From Candidatus Undinarchaeota archaeon (GTDB lineage: Archaea > Undinarchaeota > Undinarchaeia > Undinarchaeales > UBA543), in the NCBI GenBank assembly GCA_964636545.1, contig CAZWSR010000001.1:80007-144006 (forward strand): 64,000 bases of DNA. Direction: 5' to 3'. Both the position numbers and the translations under genes were made by a program. Positions 45,885-56,542 of the stretch are shown here, piece after piece (the first letter of the stretch is position 1; each line of letters starts with the position of its first letter). The notes under the pieces are model-generated. The model searched no databases. It was not told the DNA's origin and worked only from the letters and a program-made list of their open reading frames with translations.

Positions 45885-48602
45885 TTATTCCCCCTGTGGT
45901 GGCTTTTCTGGCTGTTCAACAGGAACTTCTTGGGGACTGTCAAGATTTGGCACATCAAGGTTTTCAATTGGTGTTTCAGTAGGTGCTTCAGGTTCTAGAT
46001 TGGGTAATTCAAGTGGAATGTCTTCAAGCATTGGCTCATTTGATTCTTCCACTGCCTCCTGCCCACTGCCTTCTGCCTCGTCTTCTATAATTTCTTCCAT
46101 CTTTGGCTCTTCAACTTCTTTTTCTGCAATCTCGTCATTCGTTCCAATTTCAATTCCAACAAGTTTGGAAGTGCCATCTGATTGCATTGAAACACCGAAT
46201 AGGCGCTCTGCATTTCTGACAACAGAATTATTGTGACTGATAATTAGAAGTTGGGATTTTTTTGCTCGCTCTTGCATTAAAGTGACGAATCGCATTGAGT
46301 TTGCTTGGTCAAGAGCAGCATCAACTTCGTCAAGAACATAAAATGGGGATGGTTTGTAGCTCTGGAGAGCAATTAAGAATGCTAATGCAGTCATTGTTTT
46401 TTCACCACCAGACAAGGAATCAATACTGAGAATCTTTTTTCCAGCTGGTTTTGCTTCAACAAACAATCCGCTTGCTAGTGGATCTTCTGGATCTTCAATT
46501 ATTAAACGAGCTTCTCCCTCAGGTGAAAGTTTTGGGAAAACTTGTGAAAATTCTTCTCCGACCTTGTTGAAAACTTCAAAGAAAACTTCCTTTTTACGTT
46601 TTTCAATATCTTCAATAAAGTCAATAATGGAATTGCGCTCACTCTTGAGAGTATTGAATTTTTCTTCAAATACTTGGAATTCTTTCATGTGCTGACCATA
46701 CAGTTCAATTGCTTTCATATTCACTGGCTCAAGTTTTATGACATTATTGTTAACTTTGATTAAGCGCTCATCCATTTTTTCAATGTCGCCTTCTTCAAAG
46801 TCCATATCCTTGAACTTCTCCATGTTCAGGCGAATGTCAGTGAGTTTTGCATCAATTTGCGCTTTTTCAATTCTAATATCAGAAATTTTGCGGGTTGCGG
46901 ATTCTTTTTGAAGGCGAACTTGATCACATTTTTCTCTGAGCTTGTCAATTTCCAAATCAAGAACTTCAGAATCTCTCTGCATAGATTCCATTGTGTTTCC
47001 AACTTCCTTGTCCTTTTTCAAATAATCTTCATATTCTTTTTTGAGTGCCTCGTTACTGAGTGAAAGATCTTCAATTTCATCAAGGAGCTTGTCTCTGGTT
47101 TTGACATATTCCTCAATTTCTGAACCTGAACCTTTCTTTCCTCTTTTCTGAGATCCGCCACTAATTGATCCAGCTCTTTCTGCAATATCACCAAGAAGAG
47201 AAACCATTCTGATTTTACCAATGTGTGATTTTACTTTGTCAATATCTTCAACAATGTGAGTATTTCCAAAAGCGTATTGGAAGGCTTTATCGAATTTGCT
47301 GTCGTATTTCACAAGATTAAGTGCAAGTCCGATAATTCCAGCCCCATTTGTTTCCCTGATTTCTTTTGGTGGTTGGATTTTGTTGAGCGGGAGGAAAGTT
47401 GCGCGACCCATGCTGTTTTCTCTAAGGAAATTAACGCACTTGATTGCAGTATCGTCACTGTCAACAATCACAAAATGACTTCGTTTTCCAAGAGAATTTT
47501 CAATTGCACTTGCATATTTTGCATCGTGAGTCATTAATTCAGAAACTGTTCCATGAATTCCTTCAATTTCTGATTTGAGATTGGAAATAAATCGTGCAGG
47601 AGTTGAACTGCGGGCTTGCAGGTTTGAGACCATCCCATCTATTCTTGAAATTTCAGATTGTTTGCTCTCTATTTTGCTTTCGTTAATTGAAATTCGGCCT
47701 TTAATGCGCTCTGCTTCGAATTTGACACCGACTTGCTCTGTGCTACCTTCGTGAATGAGCTTGGTATCAATTCCTTTTTTGCGTGATTGTTTTTCAGTGA
47801 GCTTGTTGTTGATATCTGAAAATTCAGATGCAAATTTCTGCTCTTCTGTTTGTTCTAAACTTATTTTTTCCTGAATTTTGGATTCAATTACTTCTGCGTT
47901 TTTTAATTTAGTAAATGCTAATTGTCCTTCAAGCCCAGCTGCCTCATCTTTGAGTGCTTTGTATTTTTCAGCATCTTCTTTTTCTTTCCTTAGTGATTCT
48001 ACATGCTTTTTGCGCTCAGACATCACAATTACAATTTCTTTTATGTGAACTTCAACTGCACCAAGATCTTTCTGTGCTTTGTCTCGCTTTTCATCGTATT
48101 CTGAAATTCCACAGATTTCATCAAGAACTTGTCTTCGGCCAAATGGGTCCATTTCAATGAAGTTCGTGACATCTCCTTGCAAGACAATGTTGTGACCACT
48201 GGCCTTGAACATGTGAGAAGAAAGAAGGTCAACCATTTGCTGTTTTGTGCATTTTTGGTTATTGACTTTGTAAGACATTGTACCGTTTCTGGTGAGACGG
48301 CGAGTTACGCGGACTTCGTCATTTTCAAAAGGTAGTTCTCGCTTTTTGTTATCTAAAACTAGAGTGACTTCCATAGCAGTGGCTGGTGGATTACCTTTGC
48401 CCCCGTTGTAGATGAGATGCGCAAGCCGTTCTGCCCTCATTGAGCGTGCAGATGAACGCCCAAGAACAAAACAGATGGAGTCACAAATGTTTGACTTTCC
48501 AGAACCATTTGGTCCAACGAATGCTGTTAGGCCTTCGGAAAGCGGGATAACGACCTTCTTGTTGAAGGATTTGAAGCCCTGCATCTCTAAGCTCTTAATC
48601 AC
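45885..48602 (-). CDS. smc: chromosome segregation ATPase SMC (short form with acidic C-terminal tail)
   Basis: Walker A FVGPNGSGKSN, hinge region, signature LSGGEKTMTALAF, Walker B VLDEVDAALD. Confidence 0.85.
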   Translation of the reverse strand: MIKSLEMQGFKSFNKKVVIPLSEGLTAFVGPNGSGKSNICDSICFVLGRSSARSMRAERLAHLIYNGGKGNPPATAMEVTLVLDNKKRELPFENDEVRVTRRLTRNGTMSYKVNNQKCTKQQMVDLLSSHMFKASGHNIVLQGDVTNFIEMDPFGRRQVLDEICGISEYDEKRDKAQKDLGAVEVHIKEIVIVMSERKKHVESLRKEKEDAEKYKALKDEAAGLEGQLAFTKLKNAEVIESKIQEKISLEQTEEQKFASEFSDINNKLTEKQSRKKGIDTKLIHEGSTEQVGVKFEAERIKGRISINESKIESKQSEISRIDGMVSNLQARSSTPARFISNLKSEIEGIHGTVSELMTHDAKYASAIENSLGKRSHFVIVDSDDTAIKCVNFLRENSMGRATFLPLNKIQPPKEIRETNGAGIIGLALNLVKYDSKFDKAFQYAFGNTHIVEDIDKVKSHIGKIRMVSLLGDIAERAGSISGGSQKRGKKGSGSEIEEYVKTRDKLLDEIEDLSLSNEALKKEYEDYLKKDKEVGNTMESMQRDSEVLDLEIDKLREKCDQVRLQKESATRKISDIRIEKAQIDAKLTDIRLNMEKFKDMDFEEGDIEKMDERLIKVNNNVIKLEPVNMKAIELYGQHMKEFQVFEEKFNTLKSERNSIIDFIEDIEKRKKEVFFEVFNKVGEEFSQVFPKLSPEGEARLIIEDPEDPLASGLFVEAKPAGKKILSIDSLSGGEKTMTALAFLIALQSYKPSPFYVLDEVDAALDQANSMRFVTLMQERAKKSQLLIISHNNSVVRNAERLFGVSMQSDGTSKLVGIEIGTNDEIAEKEVEEPKMEEIIEDEAEGSGQEAVEESNEPMLEDIPLELPNLEPEAPTETPIENLDVPNLDSPQEVPVEQPEKPPQGE

Positions 48603-48713
48603 TGTGAAATAGTATAGCGCCTAGTGTATTTAAGAGTTTTGTCAAAATGGAGTTTGGAGTTTAGAATTTAGAGTTTAGAGTAACTCCAAATTCCAAAATC
48701 TAAATTCTAAATT

Positions 48714-50021
48714 CTACGGAGTTAATCTCTTAGCATCTCTTGGGAACAAAACAGCTTCCCGTACATTTGGCAAGCCAAGCATGACCATAACCAATCTGTC
48801 AACACCAATAGCCCAGCCAGCATGTGGCGGCATTCCGTATTTGTAAAACTCAATTGTTGATTCAAAGCCCTTTGGATTCATGCCTTTTGATTTCAAACCA
48901 GCAATGTACATGTCAGGATCGTGGATTCTGCGGCCACCTGAAGCTAATTCCATTCCTTCAAAAATTAAATCAAATCCGTATGATAGTTTTTTGTCTTTCT
49001 CATGTGGGTGGATGTAGTACGGTTTTTGCTCCATTGGCATTTCAGAAACTATCACAGGCCCTTTGTAAAGTTCTTGAATTATTCTCTCTCCCTCAGGTGG
49101 GATGTCCTCACCCCATTTTAGTTTAAGTCCTTTGCCTGCAATTTGTTTTAGAATTTCAGTATAAGTTTTCACAACCATTTTCTTTGGCTGAGTAAGTGTG
49201 ACTTTGAGGGTTTCAAGTTCTTTTTTGCAATTCTTTGCAACATCTGAGTAAATTCGCTTTAGGATGCCTTCTGCAACTGACCAAGTTGCTGTTTCATCAA
49301 CAAAACCCATTTCAATATCAAGTTGTGTTACTTCTGCTAAATGTTGAGTTGTGTCAGATGGTTCTGCGCGGAATACCTGACCAATTTCAAATACTTTTTC
49401 AAAACAAGATGTCATTAATTCTTTGTAGATTTGCGGGCTTTGTCGCAAAAATGCTTCTTTATCAAAATAATTAATTGGGAAAAGTTCTGCACCACCTTCT
49501 GTGGCGCTTGCAATCATTTTTGGTGTCTCAATTTCGCGGAAATCGCCTTCAGTTAGGTAATCGCGAGCTGATTTAAGAACTTGAGCGCGAATTGCGAAAA
49601 TTGCCGATATTCGTGGTTTTCGGAGGTCAAGAACACGTGCGTCAAGGCGTGTGTCAAGCTCTGCCAAAACCTTCTCATTTACTTCAAGTGGTAGTGGTGT
49701 TTTGGACTTGTTTAGCAAAAGAATGTCGTCCAGGATGACTTCAACGCCCCTGTTTGTCTTATCTGTCTTTTTTACTGTTCCTTTTACTGCGACAGCAGAC
49801 TCTCGTGTGATTTCTGAGAGTTTTTCAAAGGCCTTTGGTGCATTTTTCTTAAGAACCGTTACTTGAGCATCGCCTTCGCGGTCTGCAAGAACTAGAAAAG
49901 CTAGGTTTCCGTGGAGGCGAACGTCTCGCAACCAACCCATTAATGTTACTTTTTTCCCATCTAGAGCTGGAACTATTTCATTAGTGAAGTGTGTTTTAGT
50001 CCAGTTGGATAGTGAGTCCAT
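48714..50021 (-). CDS. aspS: aspartyl-tRNA synthetase (archaeal/eukaryal type)
   Basis: OB-fold N-terminus, class IIb motif 2 FRAEPSDTTQHLAEVTQLDIEMGF, motif 3 GMPPHAGWAIGVDRLVM. Confidence 0.9.
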   Translation of the reverse strand: MDSLSNWTKTHFTNEIVPALDGKKVTLMGWLRDVRLHGNLAFLVLADREGDAQVTVLKKNAPKAFEKLSEITRESAVAVKGTVKKTDKTNRGVEVILDDILLLNKSKTPLPLEVNEKVLAELDTRLDARVLDLRKPRISAIFAIRAQVLKSARDYLTEGDFREIETPKMIASATEGGAELFPINYFDKEAFLRQSPQIYKELMTSCFEKVFEIGQVFRAEPSDTTQHLAEVTQLDIEMGFVDETATWSVAEGILKRIYSDVAKNCKKELETLKVTLTQPKKMVVKTYTEILKQIAGKGLKLKWGEDIPPEGERIIQELYKGPVIVSEMPMEQKPYYIHPHEKDKKLSYGFDLIFEGMELASGGRRIHDPDMYIAGLKSKGMNPKGFESTIEFYKYGMPPHAGWAIGVDRLVMVMLGLPNVREAVLFPRDAKRLTP

Positions 50022-50344
50022 TAGATTATGTTATAAAACAAAACCCAGTAGAACAGCCAGAATATTATGAATGGGTAGAAGCCGTTTGCGAGCCACCATT
50101 TTTTTGTGCGTTTTTCAGTGCCGTCTGCTTGTTTTTCTAGCGGATGCCACTTTGTGAATTTCTGTATTCCCTGACCAGTTGCCCAGGAAAATACTACCAT
50201 CATTATTAAAGCAAGTTTTCCACTTGTTAAAACACTTGACACCAAGCCGACTAGTGAGCCGACAGCTGCGTGAACCAGAGTTGACTTTAACTCAGGAGTC
50301 CATTTTAATTCAAAGTTCCAGTTAAGTTTCATTTGTGAAATCAC
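50021..50344 (-). CDS. small membrane protein, unknown
   Basis: 107 aa, 3 TM helices. Confidence 0.45.
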   Translation of the reverse strand: MISQMKLNWNFELKWTPELKSTLVHAAVGSLVGLVSSVLTSGKLALIMMVVFSWATGQGIQKFTKWHPLEKQADGTEKRTKKWWLANGFYPFIIFWLFYWVLFYNII

Positions 50345-50993
50345 CTAATTGTTTTTGTTTTACATCTCCGATGAGATTTTCAATTGTTTCCCACGTATGC
50401 CTTACGATTTTTGGGAAGCCAGGATGTTCATTAAGCCAGTTCCTTAAAAAGGTTTGCGTCTTTGGATCGGACGGGTAGCCAGAGCCAAGATCACCATACA
50501 AATGTTTTAAGGATGCAACTTCAGCATCACGGTCAACTTTTGCAAGTATGGAAGCTGCTGAGACAATTGGATAAGTGTCGTCTGCTTTGCATTCTGCAAT
50601 GACTTTACAATCAACTGTGAGCTGTGGAGTTAGTTTTGCAACAACATTCATTGTGTTTGCTTCAATTGAATCTAGATAAACAACATCTGGCTTAAGTTCA
50701 TTGATTATTTTTGCCATATTTGAAAGTTCAAGAGCATTAAGATTGCCTTCAGCTCGCTTGTTATTGTCAATTTCTTCAGGTGAAATCTTGACAACGCGAT
50801 GAGATTTTACTTTGGTTCGGATTTTGTGGTACAAATCAGCTCGCTGTTTTGGAGTATGTCTTTTTGAGTCCCTTACTCCGAGTTTTTGAAGGTCTTTTAA
50901 TTTGTCTTCTTCCATCATAGCTCCAGCTATCACTAATGGACCAATTACTGCACCACGTCCTGCCTCATCAATACCAAGAATTAATTTTGTCAT
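50322..50993 (-). CDS. rnhB: ribonuclease HII
   Basis: GIDEAGRGAVIGPLVIAG catalytic motif. Confidence 0.85.
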   Translation of the reverse strand: MTKLILGIDEAGRGAVIGPLVIAGAMMEEDKLKDLQKLGVRDSKRHTPKQRADLYHKIRTKVKSHRVVKISPEEIDNNKRAEGNLNALELSNMAKIINELKPDVVYLDSIEANTMNVVAKLTPQLTVDCKVIAECKADDTYPIVSAASILAKVDRDAEVASLKHLYGDLGSGYPSDPKTQTFLRNWLNEHPGFPKIVRHTWETIENLIGDVKQKQLGDFTNET

Positions 50994-51058
50994 TTCCCTC
51001 TCAATGAAAATGATTGGAAGTATTTATGTAGTTTTGTATTAATGAGAATATGTAGAAA

Positions 51059-52387
51059 ATGACAGAAGTAGACCATGAAAGACTGGAAAAGTTTTTAGCT
51101 AAAGGTGGTAGTCTGAAACCTCCTCCGCAACTCTGGTTCGATCAAGATGATTTTAATAGAGTAAGGCCTAGAACAATAAAAAGTGGAACTGATGTTGTGC
51201 TGGCAATGGATTTGCCTTCAAAAATAAAGAGATTTGAAAGAATACGATGGAAGAGCGACTATGTTGCTATACTCAATATAAATAATCAAGACAGAAATAT
51301 GTTGATATTTAATAAGGATTTTGACACGAAAAATTGGATAGCTCTGCAAAAAATACTTTCACCAGTTTTGTCTACGAAAATGACTAGAGAGGAAGCGCTT
51401 TCCATTTTGATATTTTGCACTAGTCTTGCATATTCATACTCATTAAATCAGTTTGTGTTTTCAAAAGGTGTTGTTAAAAAAATGAATTCAGCTCTTGGTA
51501 ATCGTTTGCAAGTGAAAGAGACAAACAAGACAGATACACTGCTGAAACAATTGAAAATAAAAAAGGACGAGCTGAAGAAAATTGTTTTGGATCAATTACA
51601 ATTATTCCTTGAAAAAACAGAATCAAATAGAGAGTTCCCAGTTCCAATGGAACTGTTTAGGATGGGGCGTTTGATTTCAACTAGAGAGAATTCGTTTGTA
51701 AGTATGATTAAAAAACAAGCAGAACGAAAATGCAAAAACGTGATTGTGGATGTTGGATGTTTCAAAAGTGTGTTTTTCCACACCTTGATGGAAAAGCAAG
51801 AAAAACTTTTGAAAAACAGTTGCCTAGTTGGACTTGATATTGGTGGAATCTCAGAACCAGTGTGGAGACTTTACAAGGAAGTAAAAGATTTTGATGAGAT
51901 AAGAAAAGTAATTCAAAACGCTGGAGCATTTCGGCCGGGCGCAGAGCAGTGGTTCAGGTACACTGACATAAAGAAAATTCCAAAAACGGAACGGAATAAG
52001 TTGTTTGTTAATAGAAAATATCCAAATGTAATACTTATTGTTGGGAAGAGAGGGATGAATGAATATGAACATCGAAAGTACAGAAGTGGGCCTGGAGATT
52101 ATAGAAAAATTGGACGAATATTTTCAGATGAAGTTTTGAAGAATCGGTTTGGAATGGTGACTTACAGGAGAATGTTCAAGCACGAGCACAATATTGTAGG
52201 AAATCCATTAGAATTTCTTGAAAAATATTCAAATGCATTTTACATTTGTTCAGAAAGGTATGAAAATGACCAGAGGAGAATAAGAAGAGGAATTGGAAAT
52301 GCAAGAAAAGTGTTGAAAGATTGGAGAACAAAAGAGTGGAAAGAAGAACACTCATACTTTTTATTTGCTGAGAGGAAGAAGAAATGA
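51059..52387 (+). CDS. basic hypothetical protein, 442 aa
   Basis: No clear domain. Weak NVIVDVGCFKSV / CLVGLDIGG motifs. 4-nt overlap with the next gene. Confidence 0.5.
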   Translation: MTEVDHERLEKFLAKGGSLKPPPQLWFDQDDFNRVRPRTIKSGTDVVLAMDLPSKIKRFERIRWKSDYVAILNINNQDRNMLIFNKDFDTKNWIALQKILSPVLSTKMTREEALSILIFCTSLAYSYSLNQFVFSKGVVKKMNSALGNRLQVKETNKTDTLLKQLKIKKDELKKIVLDQLQLFLEKTESNREFPVPMELFRMGRLISTRENSFVSMIKKQAERKCKNVIVDVGCFKSVFFHTLMEKQEKLLKNSCLVGLDIGGISEPVWRLYKEVKDFDEIRKVIQNAGAFRPGAEQWFRYTDIKKIPKTERNKLFVNRKYPNVILIVGKRGMNEYEHRKYRSGPGDYRKIGRIFSDEVLKNRFGMVTYRRMFKHEHNIVGNPLEFLEKYSNAFYICSERYENDQRRIRRGIGNARKVLKDWRTKEWKEEHSYFLFAERKKK

Positions 52388-53094
52388 AATTCGAAATAAA
52401 CCCTGAAATATTTGAGAAGTTCCCAGGACTGAATCTGGGTGTAGTTATTGCAAAAAATGTTGATAATGCTGGTGAGAATGTTGAGATTATTAAGTTTTTG
52501 AGGGAACAAGAAAAGGCAGTTGCTGATACGTTGGAAACTGAAACTCTTTCCCAAAACCCGAAGATAGCGCCATGGAGAGCAGCTTATTCAAGTTTTGGAG
52601 CAAAGCCGAAAAAATACAAATGCTCAGTTGAAGCACTGATGAGGAGAGCAATTAAAGGTGAAGAGCTTCCACATATTAGTAAATTAGTTGATGTTTACAA
52701 TGCACTGAGTTTGAAGCATATTTTGCCAATGGGTGGAGACGATATTGACAATATTGATGGGAATGTTATGCTGAAAATTGCTGACGGAACTGAGAAATTT
52801 GTTCCACTATTGTCTAAAGAAGTTGAAAATCCACATGCAGGTGAAGTTGTTTATGAAGATGATAAAGATATTTTGTGCAGAAGATGGAACTGGCGGGAAT
52901 GTGATAAGAGTAAAATGACTGAGGAGACCAAGAATGTTATTTTGTATGTTGAGGGTTTGGTTCCTGTTGAAAAAGCTGAGGTTGAAAGTGCTATTTCAGA
53001 GTTGGCTGAGCTTGTGAAGAAGTATTGTGGAACTGAGACAACTGAAATTGTTACTAAGATTTTGAGTAAGGAAGATTCGAGTGTTGAATTTTAA
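52384..53094 (+). CDS. stand-alone B3/B4 tRNA-binding-domain protein (COG3382-like)
   Basis: VDVYNALSLKHILPMGGDDIDNIDGNVMLKIADGTEKF...GEVVYEDDKDILCRRWNWRE...MTEETKNVILYVEG matches the PheT B3/4 pattern. Confidence 0.65.
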   Translation: MKFEINPEIFEKFPGLNLGVVIAKNVDNAGENVEIIKFLREQEKAVADTLETETLSQNPKIAPWRAAYSSFGAKPKKYKCSVEALMRRAIKGEELPHISKLVDVYNALSLKHILPMGGDDIDNIDGNVMLKIADGTEKFVPLLSKEVENPHAGEVVYEDDKDILCRRWNWRECDKSKMTEETKNVILYVEGLVPVEKAEVESAISELAELVKKYCGTETTEIVTKILSKEDSSVEF

Positions 53095-53690
53095 GCCATT
53101 CCAAAACCGTATAGAACTGCCATGAAATTACCAGCTGCAAAAATTATTGTTGCTAAGATTAGATTAGGACGAAAATGATAAGCAGTTGATATTAGTAATC
53201 CAAAAAAGAATGTCAGAATTACAAACAACAGGCTTGGATATATTGAATGCATTAGTGCAAAAATTATAGAAGTTATGAGAATTGCCAGCCAAGGTTTTGA
53301 GGTTAAATTTTCAAGACGTGGTAAGAGAAAACCAAGATAAAGAAAAGCTTCCGCAAATGCTACAAGAATGAACAAGCCGTAAAAATGATAGTATGAAGTA
53401 TAACCTGGAAAAAAAGATAAATTAAGAAACTGTGTAACAATAGCAAGGCCGAGGATTGCAGAAAATAGAGTTGCACCATAGAAGGGTAATGCTTTAAGAA
53501 GATTGTCAACACGCAGGCCAATATCTTTTATGTGGATTTTTTCGTGGAAAAGTATTGCAAGTATGGAGATCAGAACAACTGCAACTGCACCCCAGCGGAA
53601 AGCATATGGAATTAGATTAAAATAAATTAAAAGAATTGGAAGTGGGAATAGTAAGATGATTTGGAGCCATTTGAGGAATTGTTTGTTCAT
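53091..53690 (-). CDS. CPBP-family intramembrane metalloprotease (CAAX protease/Abi-like)
   Basis: AFAEAFLYLGFLLPRL (EExxxR-like) and FALMHS (FxxxH) within a multi-TM protein. Confidence 0.65.
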   Translation of the reverse strand: MNKQFLKWLQIILLFPLPILLIYFNLIPYAFRWGAVAVVLISILAILFHEKIHIKDIGLRVDNLLKALPFYGATLFSAILGLAIVTQFLNLSFFPGYTSYYHFYGLFILVAFAEAFLYLGFLLPRLENLTSKPWLAILITSIIFALMHSIYPSLLFVILTFFFGLLISTAYHFRPNLILATIIFAAGNFMAVLYGFGMA

Positions 53691-53764
53691 TAGAGAATAT
53701 TGCTGTTTTTAACTTATAAAACAATCCCACAAAGTATTTAACACCAGAATAATTAGCCCACTGC

Positions 53765-55381
53765 ATGGAAACAAAAACCATTGTGCGTAATGTGCAGATA
53801 ATAATTGTATTAGCACTCTTCACCTACTTTTCTTGGTGGAAGAGCTTAAGTGTTCAAGTTGTTTACACGAACCTTTTCTTTATTTTACCAATAGCACTTT
53901 TGATGTTTAATGCATTCAAATGGCAAGGCAAGGGCAAAATGCCGTTCCAAATGGGGAGCGGTTCCAAGAAGATAGGAACATATATTTTCCTTATTGTGAT
54001 TGCAGCAGTTGCGTGGAATGTTGTCTGGGTAGGAATGTCAACGGGCTTTTATGGCGTAGATGATGCAGTTGATTTTGAAGCACAAGACATAACACTTGGA
54101 AATATTGATAATGTTAATTTGTTCCAGACAGATGTGATAAGAAAAGTTCCGCACAATACAGGTGAAATTAGGTTGCGTGCTAACCGTTTTGGTTGGGCAG
54201 ATGTTGTGAATACTGATCCATTATATGAAAATGGAAAACTGGTTTGGAGAGCGGTTATTGAACCAAAAGGTTTGATAAATCAATTAACAAAGAGTGCTCC
54301 AGCTGTTGCAGAGACCTCTGCAGAAATTGAAAGCAGTCCAACAGTTATTGAAAAAGATTTGAAATATTCAGAAGCTAAATTATTTACACAGTTTTCAATG
54401 AGACGGGCTTGGTATGCTAACAGGTTCTTGCTTGTTGATGATGGTTATATTACAACAGGAGCTGATGGTTCTTATTGGTGGGTTTACCCAAGAATTGGAA
54501 TTAAATGGTTCCTTTTCACTTACAAAAAAGAGTTCCGAGGAGTTACTTTAGTGAGTGCAGAAAGTAGTGAGATAAAACATTATGATGAGAATGAATTAGG
54601 CGAAGCAGAGGCGTTCCTTGGAAAAGATCATTTGAGAGTTTATCCAGAATCACTTGCGCTTCAACAAGCCGATATTTATGGAACTAACAGATTTGGATGG
54701 TGGGCAAAGTATGTTACTCAGAGATCTGGAGATGGAGAGTCACTTTATGAAATTCCAGGCGGACAACTACAAGCTGGTGCTGGATGGTGGCAGAAATATC
54801 CATTCTTGACAGTTTATTCTGATGAATTGTACTGGGTTACTGTTTACGAGCCAGTTGGAGGAGAAATTAGCGGTGCGCGTATTGCTGCAATTCTCTTAGT
54901 AGGTGCTGAGAGTAGCAATTCTGGTGAAATTACAATGCTGAAATTTGATAAATTAGAGAAGAACTTGCCAGGAGTGAATAAGATTTTGAGGTTTGCAAGA
55001 GCAGAAGTGCAGAATTTCGAGGGCTGGATACCTCAGCAAGTTCAGATTTATCAAGATAATGGGAACTGGTATGCACTTTCTTCAATTGTGAGCGGTTCCG
55101 GAAGTGGTCAGAGGATAATGGCTCTTGCTGGAGTTGATTTACTTGGTGAAGAGGAGAGAGCATATGTGGTGAAAACATCTGATTATGAGAATTTAGATGC
55201 AGCTCACAGTGCATTAGTTGCTAGAATGTTTGGAGGCGCTGAACTACTACCAATTCGAGAAGAAATTGACGATCCAGGAATTGTTGTGAGTGATCCTGCT
55301 CAAGAAAATGATGTTGAAGAACGGCTTGATGAAATGGATGCTAAGCTGGACAAGATTATGGAGAAACTGGAAATAGAATAA
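53765..55381 (+). CDS. membrane-anchored hypothetical protein with C-terminal coiled coil
   Basis: 538 aa, 3 N-terminal TM helices, then a large Trp/Tyr-rich domain. Confidence 0.5.
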   Translation: METKTIVRNVQIIIVLALFTYFSWWKSLSVQVVYTNLFFILPIALLMFNAFKWQGKGKMPFQMGSGSKKIGTYIFLIVIAAVAWNVVWVGMSTGFYGVDDAVDFEAQDITLGNIDNVNLFQTDVIRKVPHNTGEIRLRANRFGWADVVNTDPLYENGKLVWRAVIEPKGLINQLTKSAPAVAETSAEIESSPTVIEKDLKYSEAKLFTQFSMRRAWYANRFLLVDDGYITTGADGSYWWVYPRIGIKWFLFTYKKEFRGVTLVSAESSEIKHYDENELGEAEAFLGKDHLRVYPESLALQQADIYGTNRFGWWAKYVTQRSGDGESLYEIPGGQLQAGAGWWQKYPFLTVYSDELYWVTVYEPVGGEISGARIAAILLVGAESSNSGEITMLKFDKLEKNLPGVNKILRFARAEVQNFEGWIPQQVQIYQDNGNWYALSSIVSGSGSGQRIMALAGVDLLGEEERAYVVKTSDYENLDAAHSALVARMFGGAELLPIREEIDDPGIVVSDPAQENDVEERLDEMDAKLDKIMEKLEIE

Positions 55382-55485
55382 CACCCAGACCTTGTAATTT
55401 ATGACTGGGTGAATCTTGAAGCGGCTGTGGCCACTTCAAGATAAGCAATAAACTTTAAATAGCCACGACTTCAGAAAATCCGTAT

Positions 55486-55560
55486 AGCGGGGTAGGGCAG
55501 CCTGGAGTGCCCGTCGGGCTCATAACCCGGAGGTCGGTGGTTCAAGTCCACCCCCCGCTA
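55486..55560 (+). tRNA. initiator tRNA-Met (CAT)
   Basis: A1:U72, anticodon stem TCGGG/CCCGG with three G:C, loop CTCATAA, T-arm GGTGG-TTCAAGT-CCACC. Confidence 0.8.
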
Positions 55561-55603
55561 CTCATCAGCTATCGGCTAACAGCCAACAGCTATCAAACTT
55601 GTT

Positions 55604-56167
55604 ATGACCAAATCCAACCTAATCAAACCAGCAATTCCGAAAGACCTTTTCAAATACATTGCAGTTTTTGCAGGGATTGTTTTGATTGTTATTTACGGAA
55701 TCTTTTTCCTGAAAATTAATTTTAAAACAGTGATGATACTGTTTGGTTTTGTGTTGATAGGCGCTGTTTCACGATTACCGCAAAGGATGGCGCCAGTTGC
55801 AATTGGTATTGAACTGGTTTCGCTAGTTACAATTGTTTCAGCAATGAAGTATAGTCCAGTTATTGGTGCTTTAGTTGGCGTTTCAGCAGCTGCTTTGTCT
55901 GGATTTTATACAATTGAAAGGCCACAGGACGTTATTGTGATGAGTATTGGATTTATTGGAATGGGTTTGCTGACTCCGCTGTTAGTTAATTGGTTTGGAT
56001 TAGGAATTGGTGTTGTGGTGATTACAGCAATTTATGATTTGTTTACTGGAATTTTCTATTCTTTGACTGGGCATAGTTGGGTTGGAGTAATTAGGTTTGC
56101 AGCAATGCATATCCCATTCAACTTTTTTGTAGTAATAGGACTAAGTCCGATGTTGATGGTATTGTAA
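55604..56167 (+). CDS. membrane protein, unknown
   Basis: 187 aa, 5-6 TM helices. Confidence 0.45.
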   Translation: MTKSNLIKPAIPKDLFKYIAVFAGIVLIVIYGIFFLKINFKTVMILFGFVLIGAVSRLPQRMAPVAIGIELVSLVTIVSAMKYSPVIGALVGVSAAALSGFYTIERPQDVIVMSIGFIGMGLLTPLLVNWFGLGIGVVVITAIYDLFTGIFYSLTGHSWVGVIRFAAMHIPFNFFVVIGLSPMLMVL

Positions 56168-56233
56168 AAAATAAAATTAGGGCGCAGATTTTACACTACA
56201 CCCTTTTAGATTGTGTCTAGCACAGTTCAAAGC

Positions 56234-56542
56234 TTAAAGCTTCTTTATGTGCTCAACTCTTACCTTTGACACTACTGGTTTCCAAACTTGTGCTGGGAGC
56301 CAGCTTGGCCTGTTTTCAGGGGACTTGACTTTCTTTCTTGATCCCTTGAACACGTGAATAGAGTATGATCCGTCTGAATTTCTCCTTCCACGCTGTCGTA
56401 GCCTGATGTCAGTTAGGTTTCGAGTTGCTGCTTTTAGAGCTGCCTGTCGTGGAGCAGATCCAGTGAAAACTCTCTCAGAGTCTTTGGACTTGTTCCTCAA
56501 AACGTAGGTCTTTTTTGCTCTTGTTTTTCTTTTTTTTGCCAT
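56234..56542 (-). CDS. chromosomal protein MC1
   Basis: KTYVLRNKSKDSERVFTGSAPRQAALKAATRN...IRLRQRG...HVFKG...NRPSWLP closely matches Methanosarcina MC1. ATG at 56542 has a GGAGGTG SD; the track ORF extends upstream. Confidence 0.8.
   Translation of the reverse strand: MAKKRKTRAKKTYVLRNKSKDSERVFTGSAPRQAALKAATRNLTDIRLRQRGRRNSDGSYSIHVFKGSRKKVKSPENRPSWLPAQVWKPVVSKVRVEHIKKL

Noticed and set aside
8441-55596. Possibility that the short repeat families (A-E) are CRISPR arrays
   Set aside because: The units are 8-nt words in tandem/inverted arrangement forming hairpins. They are not 25-40-nt direct repeats separated by unique 30-40-nt spacers, and no cas genes are present.
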